Below, one piece after another: positions 47,082-57,257 of a stretch of 64,000 nucleotides of DNA. A program made the translations under genes and the position numbers. The notes below the pieces were generated by a model, which had not been told where the DNA came from, did not search any database, and saw nothing but the letters and a program-made list of their open reading frames with translations. The stretch is from assembly GCA_044344255.1 (NCBI GenBank), contig JBIJDH010000005.1:192001-256000 (forward strand). Reading direction: 5' to 3'. How positions within the stretch are numbered: the first letter of the stretch is position 1; the number at the start of each line of letters is the position of its first letter. The stretch comes from Myxococcota bacterium. Lineage in GTDB: Bacteria; Myxococcota_A; UBA796; UBA2385.

Positions 47082-47567
47082 GTGTCTTCGAGCCCGCCGA
47101 CCGAGCGTCCCGAGCGAGTGAGCTGGGATCAGTACTTCATGAACATCGCCCGCGTGGCCTCCTCGCGGGCCACCTGCCACCGGAAGTTCGTGGGCGCCGT
47201 CATCGTCCGCGACCGCACCCTGCTCAGCACCGGCTACAACGGCTCGATCCGCGGCCTGCCCCACTGCAGCGAGGTGGGTCACATCATGGAGGACGGCCAC
47301 TGTGTGGCCACGATCCACGCCGAGATGAACGCGGTCGTCCAGGCCGCCCGCAACGGCGTGCGCATCGAGGGGGCCAGCATCTACATCACGGCGAGCCCCT
47401 GCTGGGGCTGCTTCAAGACCCTCGCCAACGCGGGCATCACCCGCATTTGTTATGGCGAGTTCTATCGGGACGAGCGTAGCTTCCGCGTGGCCCACGAGCT
47501 CGGCATCGAGATGGTGCACGTGCCCTGCGGGCCGGGAGACACCGTGCCTGTCCCCCTTGTGGGCTAG
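47082..47567 (+). CDS. dCMP deaminase (ComEB-like)
   Basis: SWDQYFM, GYNG, HAEMNA, PCWGC. Confidence 0.93.
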   Translation: MSSSPPTERPERVSWDQYFMNIARVASSRATCHRKFVGAVIVRDRTLLSTGYNGSIRGLPHCSEVGHIMEDGHCVATIHAEMNAVVQAARNGVRIEGASIYITASPCWGCFKTLANAGITRICYGEFYRDERSFRVAHELGIEMVHVPCGPGDTVPVPLVG

Positions 47568-47610
47568 GGCGGGCCAGGGCGGGCTAGGGCGGGCTAGGGC
47601 GGGCGCGGGG
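47561..47610. repeat. 10-bp G-rich tandem repeat (GGGCTAGGGC)x4 between convergent genes
   Basis: gggctagggc gggccagggc gggctagggc gggctagggc gggcgcgggg. Confidence 0.9.
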
Positions 47611-49723
47611 CGGCGAGGAGCGCGTCCCACTGCGCGAAGATGGGGCTCTGCACGCCGTCTGCCTCGAGGTAGGGCTGGAGCCGCTTGCCCAGGCGGGCCA
47701 CGATGTCGGGGTGGGCGAGCGCCAGGTCGACGCGGTTCTCGGGGTCTTCTGCGCGGTTGAAGAGCTCGACCATCGTGCCGGACTTCATCGCGTGCCAGAC
47801 GAGCTTCCAGTCGCCCTCCTGGAGGGTGCGGTCCTTGGCCCGGATGAGCGGCCCGCGGAATTTCGGGCGGATGTGGACGAGGCCGGTCTCGTCGTCGACG
47901 TCGTATCGCTCCGAGACCTTGCTGAAGGGGTACCGCACGTGCCCGGACTTCCAGTAGCGCGACTCGGAGAGGCCGGTCTCGATGTAGACCTCGCGCGGGG
48001 GAGAGGGCACCTGCCCGGCGAGGATCGGCAGCAGGCTCTCTCCGTCGAAGGTGCCCTCCCAGGACAGGCCGAGGAGCTCCTTCAACGTCGGGGCGAGGTC
48101 GATCAGGCGCACCGGCGCGGCGAAGCGCTCCCCCTTGTGGGCGCCGTCTGGGAAGTGAATCGCCAGGGTCACCTGATGCTGGCCGTCTCCATAAGCATGG
48201 AAGCCGTGGTTGGGGCTCCGGTACTTGTAAGGGAGGTCGGGCGCCCACAGGTTCTCGCCGTGGTCGCTCAGCAGCACGACGATGCTGTTGTCCCAGAGCC
48301 CCGACCGCTTGAGCTCTCCCACGAGGCTGGCGACGAGGCCGTCGGCCATGTCGATGCCGGCGTCGTAGATGCGGGTGTCCTGCTCGGCGGCGGTCTGTCC
48401 GCCGTCCTTCTTGCCGTCTGTGGGGTCGAGCAGGGAGAGGGCCGACTGGGCGTACGCGAAGCGGTTTGGGCCCTTGTACTCGTCCTGATCGAACTTGTGG
48501 TACCAGGGGTAGCTGCGGTCGCCGGGCTCATGCAGGACGCAGGAGTGGATGGCATAGAGGAACCGACCGCGCTTGGAGGCGTCAGACAGGGCCGTGACCG
48601 CTCGCGTGGCGAAGAGGTTTGGCCGATAGGACTTTCCGAAGGACTGGTTGTAGGCCGCCGCAGGCACGAGCCTGTAGCCGATGGGGTTGGCCATCAGCCC
48701 GTAGAAGGAGCGGAAGCGCGGCTCGTTCACGCTCACCGCGAAGTTGGTGACCCCGACCTCCGGCTGGACGATGTCTTGGAAGCCGGTGTCGGGGACCATG
48801 TAGGAGAAGCGGCTGTCGTCGGTGACGAAGGTCGTGGCCCAGCCCGCCGCGCCCATCACCTGTGGCAACATCGGGAGGCCCTTCGGCACGAGGCGGTCGG
48901 CCTCGGGGAGGTTGTCGCGGATGCCATGGTGGATGGGGAGCATGCCCGTGAGGATCGAGACCCAGCTCGGATAGGTGCGCGGGAATTGTGTCCAGGCCGA
49001 GGTGAAGACCGCCGACTCGGCGAGGAAGGCGTCGATGTTCGGGCTCGTGTCCCGGAAGTAGCCGTTGGCGCCGAGGTGGTCGGGGCGCAGGGCGTCGATG
49101 CCGATGAGCACGACGTTGGGGCCCTCGTTGTCGACGGCCTGCTCGGGGCCGGGGTGGCGGAGCAGGAGGGCGCAGCCGAGCATCCAGGCGCTCCAGGCCA
49201 CCACCCGACCGCCGAGGGCGCCGAGGGGCTGGCCCGCCGCCCGCCAGCGCCGGGCCGACAGGCCGAGGGCCGACAGACCGAGCGCCGCCCACAGGTAATT
49301 CACCTGATCGGGGACGAAGGTGTCGCAGGCCCACCGCCGCAGCGGCCAATACTCCTCGAGGCCGGGGAAGGCCAACATCTGGTGCACCGAGGCGACCAGG
49401 GACACGAGCAGCGCCGCCGCGCCGAAGCTCGCCCACCAGCGCCAGCGCTTCGCGGGCTCGGCGGGGTACCACACCCGCATCCCCAGGCCCACAGCTCCCG
49501 CGGCGAGGAGGCCGAGCAGCAGGTAGGCGCTGGCGATGCCGCCGACGTAGCGGGCGACCCCCATCTGCAGGGCCGCGGTGGTGGTCTCGTCGGACTCGAT
49601 GCGGTCGAGCGAGCGGCCGAGGAGGTAGATGCTGTCGAGGGTGTCGAAGGTGAAGAGCGCGGTCAGCCAGAGCAGCCCGGCGGCGAGGGCGCGGGCGACG
49701 CCGCGCAGGCGGGGGCCGGTCAT
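47594..49723 (-). CDS. Membrane-anchored sulfatase/alkaline-phosphatase-superfamily hydrolase or transferase
   Basis: About 5 N-terminal TMs, NVVLIGIDALRPDHL, TSPNID, TYPSWVSILTG, LSDHGE, DLAPT. Confidence 0.85.
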   Translation of the reverse strand: MTGPRLRGVARALAAGLLWLTALFTFDTLDSIYLLGRSLDRIESDETTTAALQMGVARYVGGIASAYLLLGLLAAGAVGLGMRVWYPAEPAKRWRWWASFGAAALLVSLVASVHQMLAFPGLEEYWPLRRWACDTFVPDQVNYLWAALGLSALGLSARRWRAAGQPLGALGGRVVAWSAWMLGCALLLRHPGPEQAVDNEGPNVVLIGIDALRPDHLGANGYFRDTSPNIDAFLAESAVFTSAWTQFPRTYPSWVSILTGMLPIHHGIRDNLPEADRLVPKGLPMLPQVMGAAGWATTFVTDDSRFSYMVPDTGFQDIVQPEVGVTNFAVSVNEPRFRSFYGLMANPIGYRLVPAAAYNQSFGKSYRPNLFATRAVTALSDASKRGRFLYAIHSCVLHEPGDRSYPWYHKFDQDEYKGPNRFAYAQSALSLLDPTDGKKDGGQTAAEQDTRIYDAGIDMADGLVASLVGELKRSGLWDNSIVVLLSDHGENLWAPDLPYKYRSPNHGFHAYGDGQHQVTLAIHFPDGAHKGERFAAPVRLIDLAPTLKELLGLSWEGTFDGESLLPILAGQVPSPPREVYIETGLSESRYWKSGHVRYPFSKVSERYDVDDETGLVHIRPKFRGPLIRAKDRTLQEGDWKLVWHAMKSGTMVELFNRAEDPENRVDLALAHPDIVARLGKRLQPYLEADGVQSPIFAQWDALLAAPRPP

Positions 49724-50262
49724 GTGGCCAGCCAGCTTCGGATCACCCAGGTGAGCCCGGAGCAGCCGCAGCAGCCGGCGAGGAGCGCGAAGCCGACGCC
49801 GACCAGCAGCAGGAGCTTGCGGGTCTCGGTGCGGGGGTCCTGGCTGATGGGGTCCGGCGCGATCGCCCGCACCTCCCCGTCGCCGCCCACGGGGCCGCCG
49901 TAGGCCCGCAGGAAGGGCTCGACAGCGGGGAAACGTTCGGCTTCGTCGATGTCCTGGAGCTGGATGAGCGCGCCCGCCCCCTCGATCTCCAGGCGGGCCG
50001 CCCCACCTGGGGTGCGGGGGTAGCGGCGGACGACGAGGTGGTGCCGCTCGACGGCGTATCGTTGGGTGGGCTGCCACCCGCCGCCGAGGGCCGACTGGAC
50101 GAGGCGCACGACGAGCAGCCGCCCCTGTGTGAAGCCGAGCTGAAACCAGATGTGCTCGTCTCCGACCGCCTTGCGCACCGAGGGGCCGGGGCCGCTGATG
50201 CCCGCCACCACGCTCTCACCCGGCACCAGGAGGTCGGAGAACCAGTCGGGGGTGGCGGACAA
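49720..50262 (-). CDS. Hypothetical protein with C-terminal TM ending in GCCGC
   Basis: ORF stop overlaps the sulfatase ATG; coding-like codon usage. Confidence 0.6.
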   Translation of the reverse strand: MSATPDWFSDLLVPGESVVAGISGPGPSVRKAVGDEHIWFQLGFTQGRLLVVRLVQSALGGGWQPTQRYAVERHHLVVRRYPRTPGGAARLEIEGAGALIQLQDIDEAERFPAVEPFLRAYGGPVGGDGEVRAIAPDPISQDPRTETRKLLLLVGVGFALLAGCCGCSGLTWVIRSWLAT

Positions 50263-50390
50263 CGGGGCGCCGGGGCGGAGGGGAGGGAGCTAAGATCGGG
50301 AGGCCGAGGATCGGGGGGGCCAAGAGGGCTAACCCCCGACCGCCCCGCCGGCCTCCCGGGCGCCGCGCCGCGACGGAGCGGGAGCGGCGC

Positions 50391-52832
50391 TCACAGGCTC
50401 CGCGCGAGGCGGAAGCCGGTGTCCACTCGGCGTTGGAGAGGCTCGATCTGATAGCGCGCGTCCGCCCGACACGAGCGCTCGAGGAAGCACCAGGCGCCGC
50501 CCTTCGCCGTTCGAAAGCGCGGGTTCTCCATGGGGTCTCGGAGGGGGCGGCCCTCGCGGCTGAGCGGCGGGCCCTCTGGCCGGAAGGGGTCGGAGCACCA
50601 GCAGGTCACGTTGCCGGCGAGGTGGCGGATCCCGTAGGGGCTCTCGTCCTGCGGGTGCGCGTGGACAGAGGCGGGGAAGGGCTTGTCGGGCCGGCTGTCG
50701 CGCATGGCGCTGAACGTGGGGTCGAAGAAGTCGCCCCACGGATAGACCCGCCCGTCCACCCCCCGCGCCGCCTTCTCCCATTCGAGCTCGGTGGGCAGGC
50801 GATAGGGGAGGCCTGTCTCTGCCGCGAACCAGGCCGCATAGGCGACGGCGTCCTCCCAGCTCACCAGGAAGACGGGCAGGTCGGCGGTCCAGAGGTCGCC
50901 GTCGCGGTCGGGCACGAGGGAGAAGCCGCCGTCGGCCCTTCGGCCATACGCGGGCTCGGTGGCCCCCGGCGGGCGGGGCGCGTGGTGCAGGGCCCGCGCC
51001 GCGTCTCCTTGTCGCACGAGCGCGTCGAGGAAGGCGATGTAGTCGCCGTGGGTGACGGGGAGGCGCTGGAGCGCGAAGGCGTCGAGCCAGACGCGGCGCC
51101 GGGGGAGGGCGGCCCGCACGGTGGGGTCTGTGCTCCCGGACAGGAACCAGCCGGCGGGGACGTATCGCTCCTCGGCGCGGAGCTCACCCTCGGCGAGGAG
51201 GCGGATGGGCACCGCCTCGCCGCCTTCGGGGGGTCGGGTGTCGGCCTGCTCCTGCCGGCCGACATGGAGGGGGAGGGCGGTGGGGACCCGCTCCGGGTGG
51301 TCGATCTGCAGGCGATAGCTGCCCATCGGCACCGGGACGGCCCGCAGGGGGGTCACTCCGAGCTTGCGGAGCTCCTCGGGGATCAGCCTGCGACCGATCT
51401 CCTTGTACCGATACACCGTGACCGTGGCGCCCGCCGGCTCGGTGGAGAGGCTGAGGCTGCCCCGCCCGTCCAGCCAGGCCTTGTGCAAGCCGCGGTCGTA
51501 TTCGCGCACCAGGAGGGCGTATCCAGCGGCGGCGGGGGTGTCTCCGGCGGCCTCGGCCCGCTCATGGAGGCGTCGGTACCAGTCGGCGAGGCGGTCGGAG
51601 GCCTCGGGGAGGCCGGGCTGGACGTTGCAGGCGGCGCGCAGCGTCTGCTGGTAGCGGATCTCGGCGAGGCGGGCCTCGGTCTCGAGGCGGGTGGCCTCGT
51701 CTTGTCGAGCCCAGGCGGGCTCCTTGGCCTCGACCGGGTCGCTCGGCTTCACGGCGCGGAGGCTCTCCGCGGCGGCCTCCCGGTTGCGGCGGGCGCGGTC
51801 CTCGAGGTCGCCCAGGCGGGCGATGATGGCGTCGGCGTCGGTGACGAGCCCGAGGGCCTGCTCGCGGCGGCGGGCCCCGTCGAGGAAGGCCGCGAGCTCT
51901 TGGGCGAGGGCGCCGGCGTCGGGGTAGCGGAAGCGGGGGTCAGGGTCCATCGCCCGCGACCAGATGTCGACCAGCCCATCGGGCACCTCGGCGAGGGAGG
52001 CGCCGCTCGGGTCGTTCGGGAGGGTGTCGGTGCACATCCAGGCGAGGATGGCGCCGAGGGCCCAGACGTCGGCGGGGGGCCCGACGGTGAGGCTCTGCTG
52101 CTGCTCCGGGGCCATCCAGGCGGGGGTGCCCGGGCTGAGGCCGTCGCGGGTGAGGGAGGCGGCGCGGCCCAGCTCGCGGGCCGCGGGGTGGTCGCGGTCC
52201 GGCTCGTGGAGGATCTTGGCGATGCCCCAGTCGAGCACCAGCACCTCGCCGTAGCCGCCGAGCATGATGTTGCCCGGCTTGAGGTCGCGGTGCACCACCC
52301 CGCGGGCGTGGGAATAGGCCATCGCCTCGGTGGCGCGGTGAAAGGCCTCGAGCAAGCGTCGAAAGGTCCAGCCAGAGGGGGAGGGCTGCCAGTGGCCGTC
52401 GCGGATCGCGCCTTGCACCTCGGCCACCACCTCACCAAGGGTGCGCCCCTGCACCTCCTTCATCGTGAAGAAGAGGCGGCCGTCGTCGAGGACGCCGATG
52501 TCGTGCACCGGCACGATGCCGGGGTGCTGGAGGTTGGCCGTGGCCTGGGCCTCCTGGAAGAGGCTGGAGACGAGGGAGGGGTCGTGGGAGCGGTCGGGGC
52601 GCACCACCTTCATCGCCACCATGCGGCGCAGCGTGTGGTCCCAGACCCGCCAGACCTCGCCCATCCCGCCGCGCCCGAGCACGCCGCGGCGCTCATAGCG
52701 GCGGTCGGGGTCGACCTCCAGGCCGCGGGTGGCGCCGTCTGGGTCGGCCGCCGGGCGGGTCGTCGCGGGGGCGGCCGGCGGCGTCTCCTCGTCGGACAGG
52801 GCGCCCCAGAGGGTGTCCCGCGGGTCGCTCAA
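50391..52832 (-). CDS. Ser/Thr kinase + PEGA-like + FGE-sulfatase (C-type lectin fold) domain protein
   Basis: [63 protein letters not shown]. Confidence 0.92.
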   Translation of the reverse strand: MSDPRDTLWGALSDEETPPAAPATTRPAADPDGATRGLEVDPDRRYERRGVLGRGGMGEVWRVWDHTLRRMVAMKVVRPDRSHDPSLVSSLFQEAQATANLQHPGIVPVHDIGVLDDGRLFFTMKEVQGRTLGEVVAEVQGAIRDGHWQPSPSGWTFRRLLEAFHRATEAMAYSHARGVVHRDLKPGNIMLGGYGEVLVLDWGIAKILHEPDRDHPAARELGRAASLTRDGLSPGTPAWMAPEQQQSLTVGPPADVWALGAILAWMCTDTLPNDPSGASLAEVPDGLVDIWSRAMDPDPRFRYPDAGALAQELAAFLDGARRREQALGLVTDADAIIARLGDLEDRARRNREAAAESLRAVKPSDPVEAKEPAWARQDEATRLETEARLAEIRYQQTLRAACNVQPGLPEASDRLADWYRRLHERAEAAGDTPAAAGYALLVREYDRGLHKAWLDGRGSLSLSTEPAGATVTVYRYKEIGRRLIPEELRKLGVTPLRAVPVPMGSYRLQIDHPERVPTALPLHVGRQEQADTRPPEGGEAVPIRLLAEGELRAEERYVPAGWFLSGSTDPTVRAALPRRRVWLDAFALQRLPVTHGDYIAFLDALVRQGDAARALHHAPRPPGATEPAYGRRADGGFSLVPDRDGDLWTADLPVFLVSWEDAVAYAAWFAAETGLPYRLPTELEWEKAARGVDGRVYPWGDFFDPTFSAMRDSRPDKPFPASVHAHPQDESPYGIRHLAGNVTCWCSDPFRPEGPPLSREGRPLRDPMENPRFRTAKGGAWCFLERSCRADARYQIEPLQRRVDTGFRLARSL

Positions 52833-55630
52833 TCGAGCCTCGGCGAGAGGGTGTCCCGCAGGCGCTTCGGCAGCCGGTCGCAGGCGGCCCGGGCATCGGG
52901 CTGTCGTCGGAGCTCCGCCACGAGCTCCGCGCGGAGCGCCTCATTGTCCTTGTGTTCGACCAGCCGGCCGCAGTCCTGGGTGGGGTGGACCGTGTCGAGG
53001 CGCCGGCCGAGCCAGCCGATCAGCGGGTCCTCGCTGATCTTCCGGGCGAACTGTCGAACGTGGATCGCGAAGGCGCCGCCGGTCTCGAACCAGGTGCGGA
53101 GGAGCCGGATGAAGGCCTCCCGCTCGGCGACGTCGAGGCCGCGGTAGCCGCGCTCCCCGTCTCCGTCGCCGGCGACGGCGGAGGGCACGCCGAGCGTCTC
53201 GGCGACGGCGTCGGCGCCGCTGCGCTGGATGAGGCGGGCCGCGAGGTCTTCACGGGCCAGGGCCCCCTTGAAGACGAAGAGGCGGAGCAGGACCTGCTCC
53301 CCGTCACCGGAGAGGAGGCGGAGCTCGGCGGCGGGGCCGACGTCGACGGAGCGCTCGGGCAGCAGGGCGAAGGCGAGCGGGTCGTTCGCCCCCCAGACCT
53401 CGATGGGCAGCTCGAGCTCCGGCAGGGCGTGGATCTTCAGCCCCTCGCCTGCGTGCTGGATGACAAGGTGAGCGCGGGCGAGCTGAGGGAGCAGGTCGAG
53501 GCGCAAGAAGGCTGGCTGGTGGCTGCCGAGGAGCTCGTGGAGGGCGTTGGCGCGGCGCTTGAGGCGGGCCGCCACCTCGGGGGGCGTGTGGGGGCCGGGC
53601 TCGAGGTCGCGGAGGCTGCTCGCCCGCCCGATGACGAGGGCGCCCTCCCGAACCACCTGATGGAGACCCTGAACCCGCCCGTCCTCCCCTCGGGAGGGGA
53701 ACATCAGGACCTCGAGGGGGGCCCGACCGCTGTCCTGGACGAGGTGGGGGAGGCGGGCCTCGAGGTTGGTCAGATCGACCACCCCCTCGATGTTGTGGCG
53801 CACCGCCTCCATCGCGTGGTCGAGCTCGGTGTAGTGGCCCCACCAGGCGCGGTGCTCGAGCACGGCCAGGGCCCGGCTGCGGATCGGTCGCCCGGCGAGC
53901 GAAGCCAGCACGGCGGAGCGGAGGGCGCGCGGATCGCGCTCGTTCAGGGCCGGCACGCGGAGGGTGACAGCGCGCAGGCGGTGGACCTCGTCACGGCGGA
54001 GGGGCCAGAGGCGCTCCCAGTCCTCCTCGGGGTCCGCGCTGGTCAGCAGCAGCGGCACCGCCCTGCGGGCCGCGGGGGCCAGGGGTCCGAGGTGCTCGGG
54101 GCCGATCGGCGCGCCCCCCGACTCCACCGACGCCGTCTCGATCACCTGACGGAGCTCGCGGATGTTGCCGGGCCAGGGCCAGTCCTGGAGGAGCGTCATC
54201 GCATCGGGGTCGATCTCCGGCGCGGGCCAGCCCGAGGCCGCGCTGAGCTCCTGGAGGAAGTGCTCGACCAGGAGGGGGATGTCCTCGGGGCGGTCGCGGA
54301 GCGGAGGGAGCCAGAGCGCGGCGCCGGGGTTGAGCCGGTAGAGGAGGTCCTGGCGGAAGGTGCCCCGTCGAATCTCCCCCTCGAGGTCGGCGTTGGTGGC
54401 GGCGACGATACGAACGTCGACCGGGAGCGCGCGGCTCCCGCCCACCGGAAGCACCTCCCGTTGCTGGATGGCGCGGAGCAGCTTGGCCTGCAGCGCCAGC
54501 GAGAGGTTGCCGAGCTCGTCGAGGAAGAGGGTGCCGCCGTGAGCCTCCTGGAAGCAGCCGCGGTGGTCGCGGGCGGCCCCGGTGAAGGAGCCCTTGACGT
54601 GGCCGAACAGCTCGCTGTCGATCAGCGCCTCACTGCGGCTCGAGAGGTCGATGGCGACGAGGGGTCCGCTGCGGCCGGAGAGCGCATGGATGGCCTCGGC
54701 CATGCTCTCCTTCCCGACGCCCGTCTCGCCGCGGATGAGGACGGGGAGCGCGCTCCGGGCGAGGCGGACGGCGCGGTCGAGCACGCGGCGGGTGGCGGCG
54801 CTCTCCCCGATGATCGCCGCCAGCTCGGGGCGGGGCGGGCGGGGCGGCGCGGGGGTCGTGTCGGGAGGCGGCGACCAGCCCTCCCCGTCGAGGGCGAGGC
54901 GGGCGCGCAGGGGCTCGAGCCAGCCCGGGTCGAGCTGGCCGGGCTCCTCGAAGAGCACCCAACGGCCACCCTGCACGCGGTCGGGCTGGGGCGCGCGGAT
55001 GACCGACAGGCCGGCGGTGGGCTCGAGGGCGGCCTGGGCCCAGCGGACGAGGCTGCGCTTGCCGCTGCCCGCGGGGCCGGACAGGGCGATGAGGCCGGCG
55101 GCGCGGCAATGGGCCAGCAGGCTGCGCCGCAGGGGCGCGAGGGAGGGGTCAACGGCGACGCGGTGGTGCTGGTCGAGCCATGCGAGCTGGCGGGCGAGCG
55201 CGCTCGGGACCCCGACCCGGGCGGCGCCGGGCGTGGTCAGGAAGAGGCGGATCTGTCGGCCCCGGGCCTGTCGGGCGAGCTCCTCGCGGGGGGCGAGCGC
55301 CTCCCAGCCGGGGCCGAGCAGCAGCCAGCCGCCCGCCGCCTGCTCGAGGACGTCGGTTAGCTCGGGCCCATCGAGGCGGCAGCCGCTCGGGAGCCAGGCG
55401 GGGTTGACGTGGACGAGCGCCCGCCAGCGGGCCTGCGCCGAGAGCCAGGCCCGGTACATCCAGCGCACCAGCACCACGGGCTCGAGGCCCTCGGCCGGGG
55501 GGAGGTCGGCGGCGCCCGTCTTCCGCCCCTGCTCGGCCATCCGATCGAGGGCCGCCACCAGCGCGGGGGCGGCGTCGAGCGCGGGCTCGGTCGGGGTGGG
55601 GAACCAGTCGGGTGGCGGAGGGATGGACAT
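52829..55630 (-). CDS. Atypical sigma54-interacting AAA+ regulator (933 aa)
   Basis: GETGVGKE, SELFGHVKGSFTGA, LFLDELG, WPGNIREL. Extra degenerate AAA segments and an FHA-like region; no obvious HTH. Confidence 0.88.
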   Translation of the reverse strand: MSIPPPPDWFPTPTEPALDAAPALVAALDRMAEQGRKTGAADLPPAEGLEPVVLVRWMYRAWLSAQARWRALVHVNPAWLPSGCRLDGPELTDVLEQAAGGWLLLGPGWEALAPREELARQARGRQIRLFLTTPGAARVGVPSALARQLAWLDQHHRVAVDPSLAPLRRSLLAHCRAAGLIALSGPAGSGKRSLVRWAQAALEPTAGLSVIRAPQPDRVQGGRWVLFEEPGQLDPGWLEPLRARLALDGEGWSPPPDTTPAPPRPPRPELAAIIGESAATRRVLDRAVRLARSALPVLIRGETGVGKESMAEAIHALSGRSGPLVAIDLSSRSEALIDSELFGHVKGSFTGAARDHRGCFQEAHGGTLFLDELGNLSLALQAKLLRAIQQREVLPVGGSRALPVDVRIVAATNADLEGEIRRGTFRQDLLYRLNPGAALWLPPLRDRPEDIPLLVEHFLQELSAASGWPAPEIDPDAMTLLQDWPWPGNIRELRQVIETASVESGGAPIGPEHLGPLAPAARRAVPLLLTSADPEEDWERLWPLRRDEVHRLRAVTLRVPALNERDPRALRSAVLASLAGRPIRSRALAVLEHRAWWGHYTELDHAMEAVRHNIEGVVDLTNLEARLPHLVQDSGRAPLEVLMFPSRGEDGRVQGLHQVVREGALVIGRASSLRDLEPGPHTPPEVAARLKRRANALHELLGSHQPAFLRLDLLPQLARAHLVIQHAGEGLKIHALPELELPIEVWGANDPLAFALLPERSVDVGPAAELRLLSGDGEQVLLRLFVFKGALAREDLAARLIQRSGADAVAETLGVPSAVAGDGDGERGYRGLDVAEREAFIRLLRTWFETGGAFAIHVRQFARKISEDPLIGWLGRRLDTVHPTQDCGRLVEHKDNEALRAELVAELRRQPDARAACDRLPKRLRDTLSPRLD

Positions 55631-55639
55631 CGAGGCGAC

Positions 55640-56527
55640 CTATCCGGGCGGGGGCGCCCGCTGCACATGGCCGGCGATGAGGGCGACCAGCCGGGGCCAG
55701 ACCGCGGGGGGGAGGCTGTGGCCCATCTTGTCGATGAGCTCGAAGCGGGCCCCGGGGATGAGGGCGGCGGTGGCGCGGCCGGCGCGGGGCGGGATGAGCG
55801 GGTCGGCGGCGCCGTGGAGGACGAGGGTGGGGGTGCGGAGCCCCCGGAGGGCGGCGCTGCGGTCGCCCGACGCGAGGATCGCCGCCATCTGTCGGAGGAA
55901 GCCGGCGGGGTTCGAGCCGCGGTCGAAGGCGAGCCGCCCGAGCGCGCGTGTGGGCTCCTCCTCGGGCGGGAGGTGGGGGCCGCCGATCACCCGCACGAGC
56001 TCGAGGAAGCGCTCGCCGGCTTGTTCGCGGTCTCTCGGCGCCGGGCCGAGCAGCGAGAGGAGGGCGCGGGGGTCGCCAACGGCGTGCGCTCGGCTGCCGG
56101 GAGAGGACATGATCGAGGTGAGCGAGCGCACCCGGGCGGGGTGCTCGAGGGCGACGGTCTGGGCGATCATCCCGCCCATCGAGGCCCCGACGAGGTGCGC
56201 GGCCTCGAGGCCGAGACCGTCGAGGAGGGCGACGGTGTCGGCGGCCATGTCTGAGAGGGTGTAGGGGGCGGCGACCGGCAGCCCGAAGGCCCAGCGGGCC
56301 ATCGTGGTGCCGATGGGGGGCACGCCCATCTCCCGCAGCCAGGTGGAGCGCCCGATGTCGCGGTTGTCGAAGCGGATGACGCGGAGGCCCGCTGCGGCGA
56401 GGCGCTCGACGAAGGGCTCGGGCCAGAGGATCATCTGCGCGCCGATGCCCATGATCAGCACCACCGGCGGGCCCTCTCCGCGCTCGTCGTACTCGAGCTC
56501 GACGCCATTGCCGCTCAGGCGCGGCAT
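55640..56527 (-). CDS. Alpha/beta hydrolase
   Basis: MGIGAQMILW, FDNRDIG, YTLSDMA, GASMGG, HGAADP, MGH. Confidence 0.92.
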   Translation of the reverse strand: MPRLSGNGVELEYDERGEGPPVVLIMGIGAQMILWPEPFVERLAAAGLRVIRFDNRDIGRSTWLREMGVPPIGTTMARWAFGLPVAAPYTLSDMAADTVALLDGLGLEAAHLVGASMGGMIAQTVALEHPARVRSLTSIMSSPGSRAHAVGDPRALLSLLGPAPRDREQAGERFLELVRVIGGPHLPPEEEPTRALGRLAFDRGSNPAGFLRQMAAILASGDRSAALRGLRTPTLVLHGAADPLIPPRAGRATAALIPGARFELIDKMGHSLPPAVWPRLVALIAGHVQRAPPPG

Positions 56528-56537
56528 CGGGCGCCCT

Positions 56538-57257
56538 TCACGTCTTGGACCGGTTGCGCTGCCGCTCGGGGAGGACCTGCACGAAGCCCCCGTCCTTCTG
56601 CTTCGAGAGGCGCTCGGCGGCGGCGACGGCGGAGGCATCGACCTTCCAGCCGTGCAGCACCCCGGCGATGCGGAAGAGGTCGGCCTCGTCGCCCTCTTCG
56701 CCCTCGTGGTGTCCCGGGCCGCCTTGCGCCGACCGGCCGGACTCGGGCCTCCTGACCGCCTCGATCTGCGCCGTGTTGTCTTCCGACTCGTTGATCAGGG
56801 CCTTGATCCTGTCGTTCGAGTCTCCGAGCTGGCGGGTGAGGCTGGCGAGCAGCACCCGCCGCATCGCGGTGCCGCGCGGGGTCGCCTCCGAGACGAGGGT
56901 GCCGTAGGTGCGTCGGTCGAAGGCGGCGACGGTGACGGCCCCTTCGGCCGTGCAGGTGGCGCTGCGCGGCGAGTTGTCCACGAGCGACATGTGGCCGACC
57001 AGGGCCGGCGCGCTCATCGTGGTGAGCGCCCGCGCCCGGCCGACGTGGTCGCGGCGGGTGACTCGGATGGAGCCCTTCAGGAGCACGTAGAGCGAGTCGC
57101 CGGTCTCTCCCTCCGTGCAGAGGATCTCGTCCTGGACGAGCTTTCGGAAGGACCCCATCGCCAGGACGAGGGCGAGGCTCTGGCCGGTCACCCCTGGGCT
57201 CGGGTGGACCACCAAGAAGCGGTCCGAGATGGTTCGGAGCTCTTCGGGGCTCAACAT
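56538..57257 (-). CDS. Cyclic-nucleotide-binding domain protein (no HTH)
   Basis: EGETGDSLYVLLKGSIRV, GHMSLVDNSPRSATC. Confidence 0.85.
   Translation of the reverse strand: MLSPEELRTISDRFLVVHPSPGVTGQSLALVLAMGSFRKLVQDEILCTEGETGDSLYVLLKGSIRVTRRDHVGRARALTTMSAPALVGHMSLVDNSPRSATCTAEGAVTVAAFDRRTYGTLVSEATPRGTAMRRVLLASLTRQLGDSNDRIKALINESEDNTAQIEAVRRPESGRSAQGGPGHHEGEEGDEADLFRIAGVLHGWKVDASAVAAAERLSKQKDGGFVQVLPERQRNRSKT

Noticed and set aside
50391..50800. FGE-sulfatase (C-type lectin fold) C-terminus as a diversity-generating retroelement target
   Set aside because: I saw no reverse transcriptase and no second near-identical template repeat in the window.
47594..52832. Kinase-FGE domain as maturase for the neighbouring sulfatase
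   Set aside because: The sulfatase lacks CxPxR (it has TYPSW), and the FGE cysteine spacing (CFLERSC) differs from the catalytic CxxxxC.
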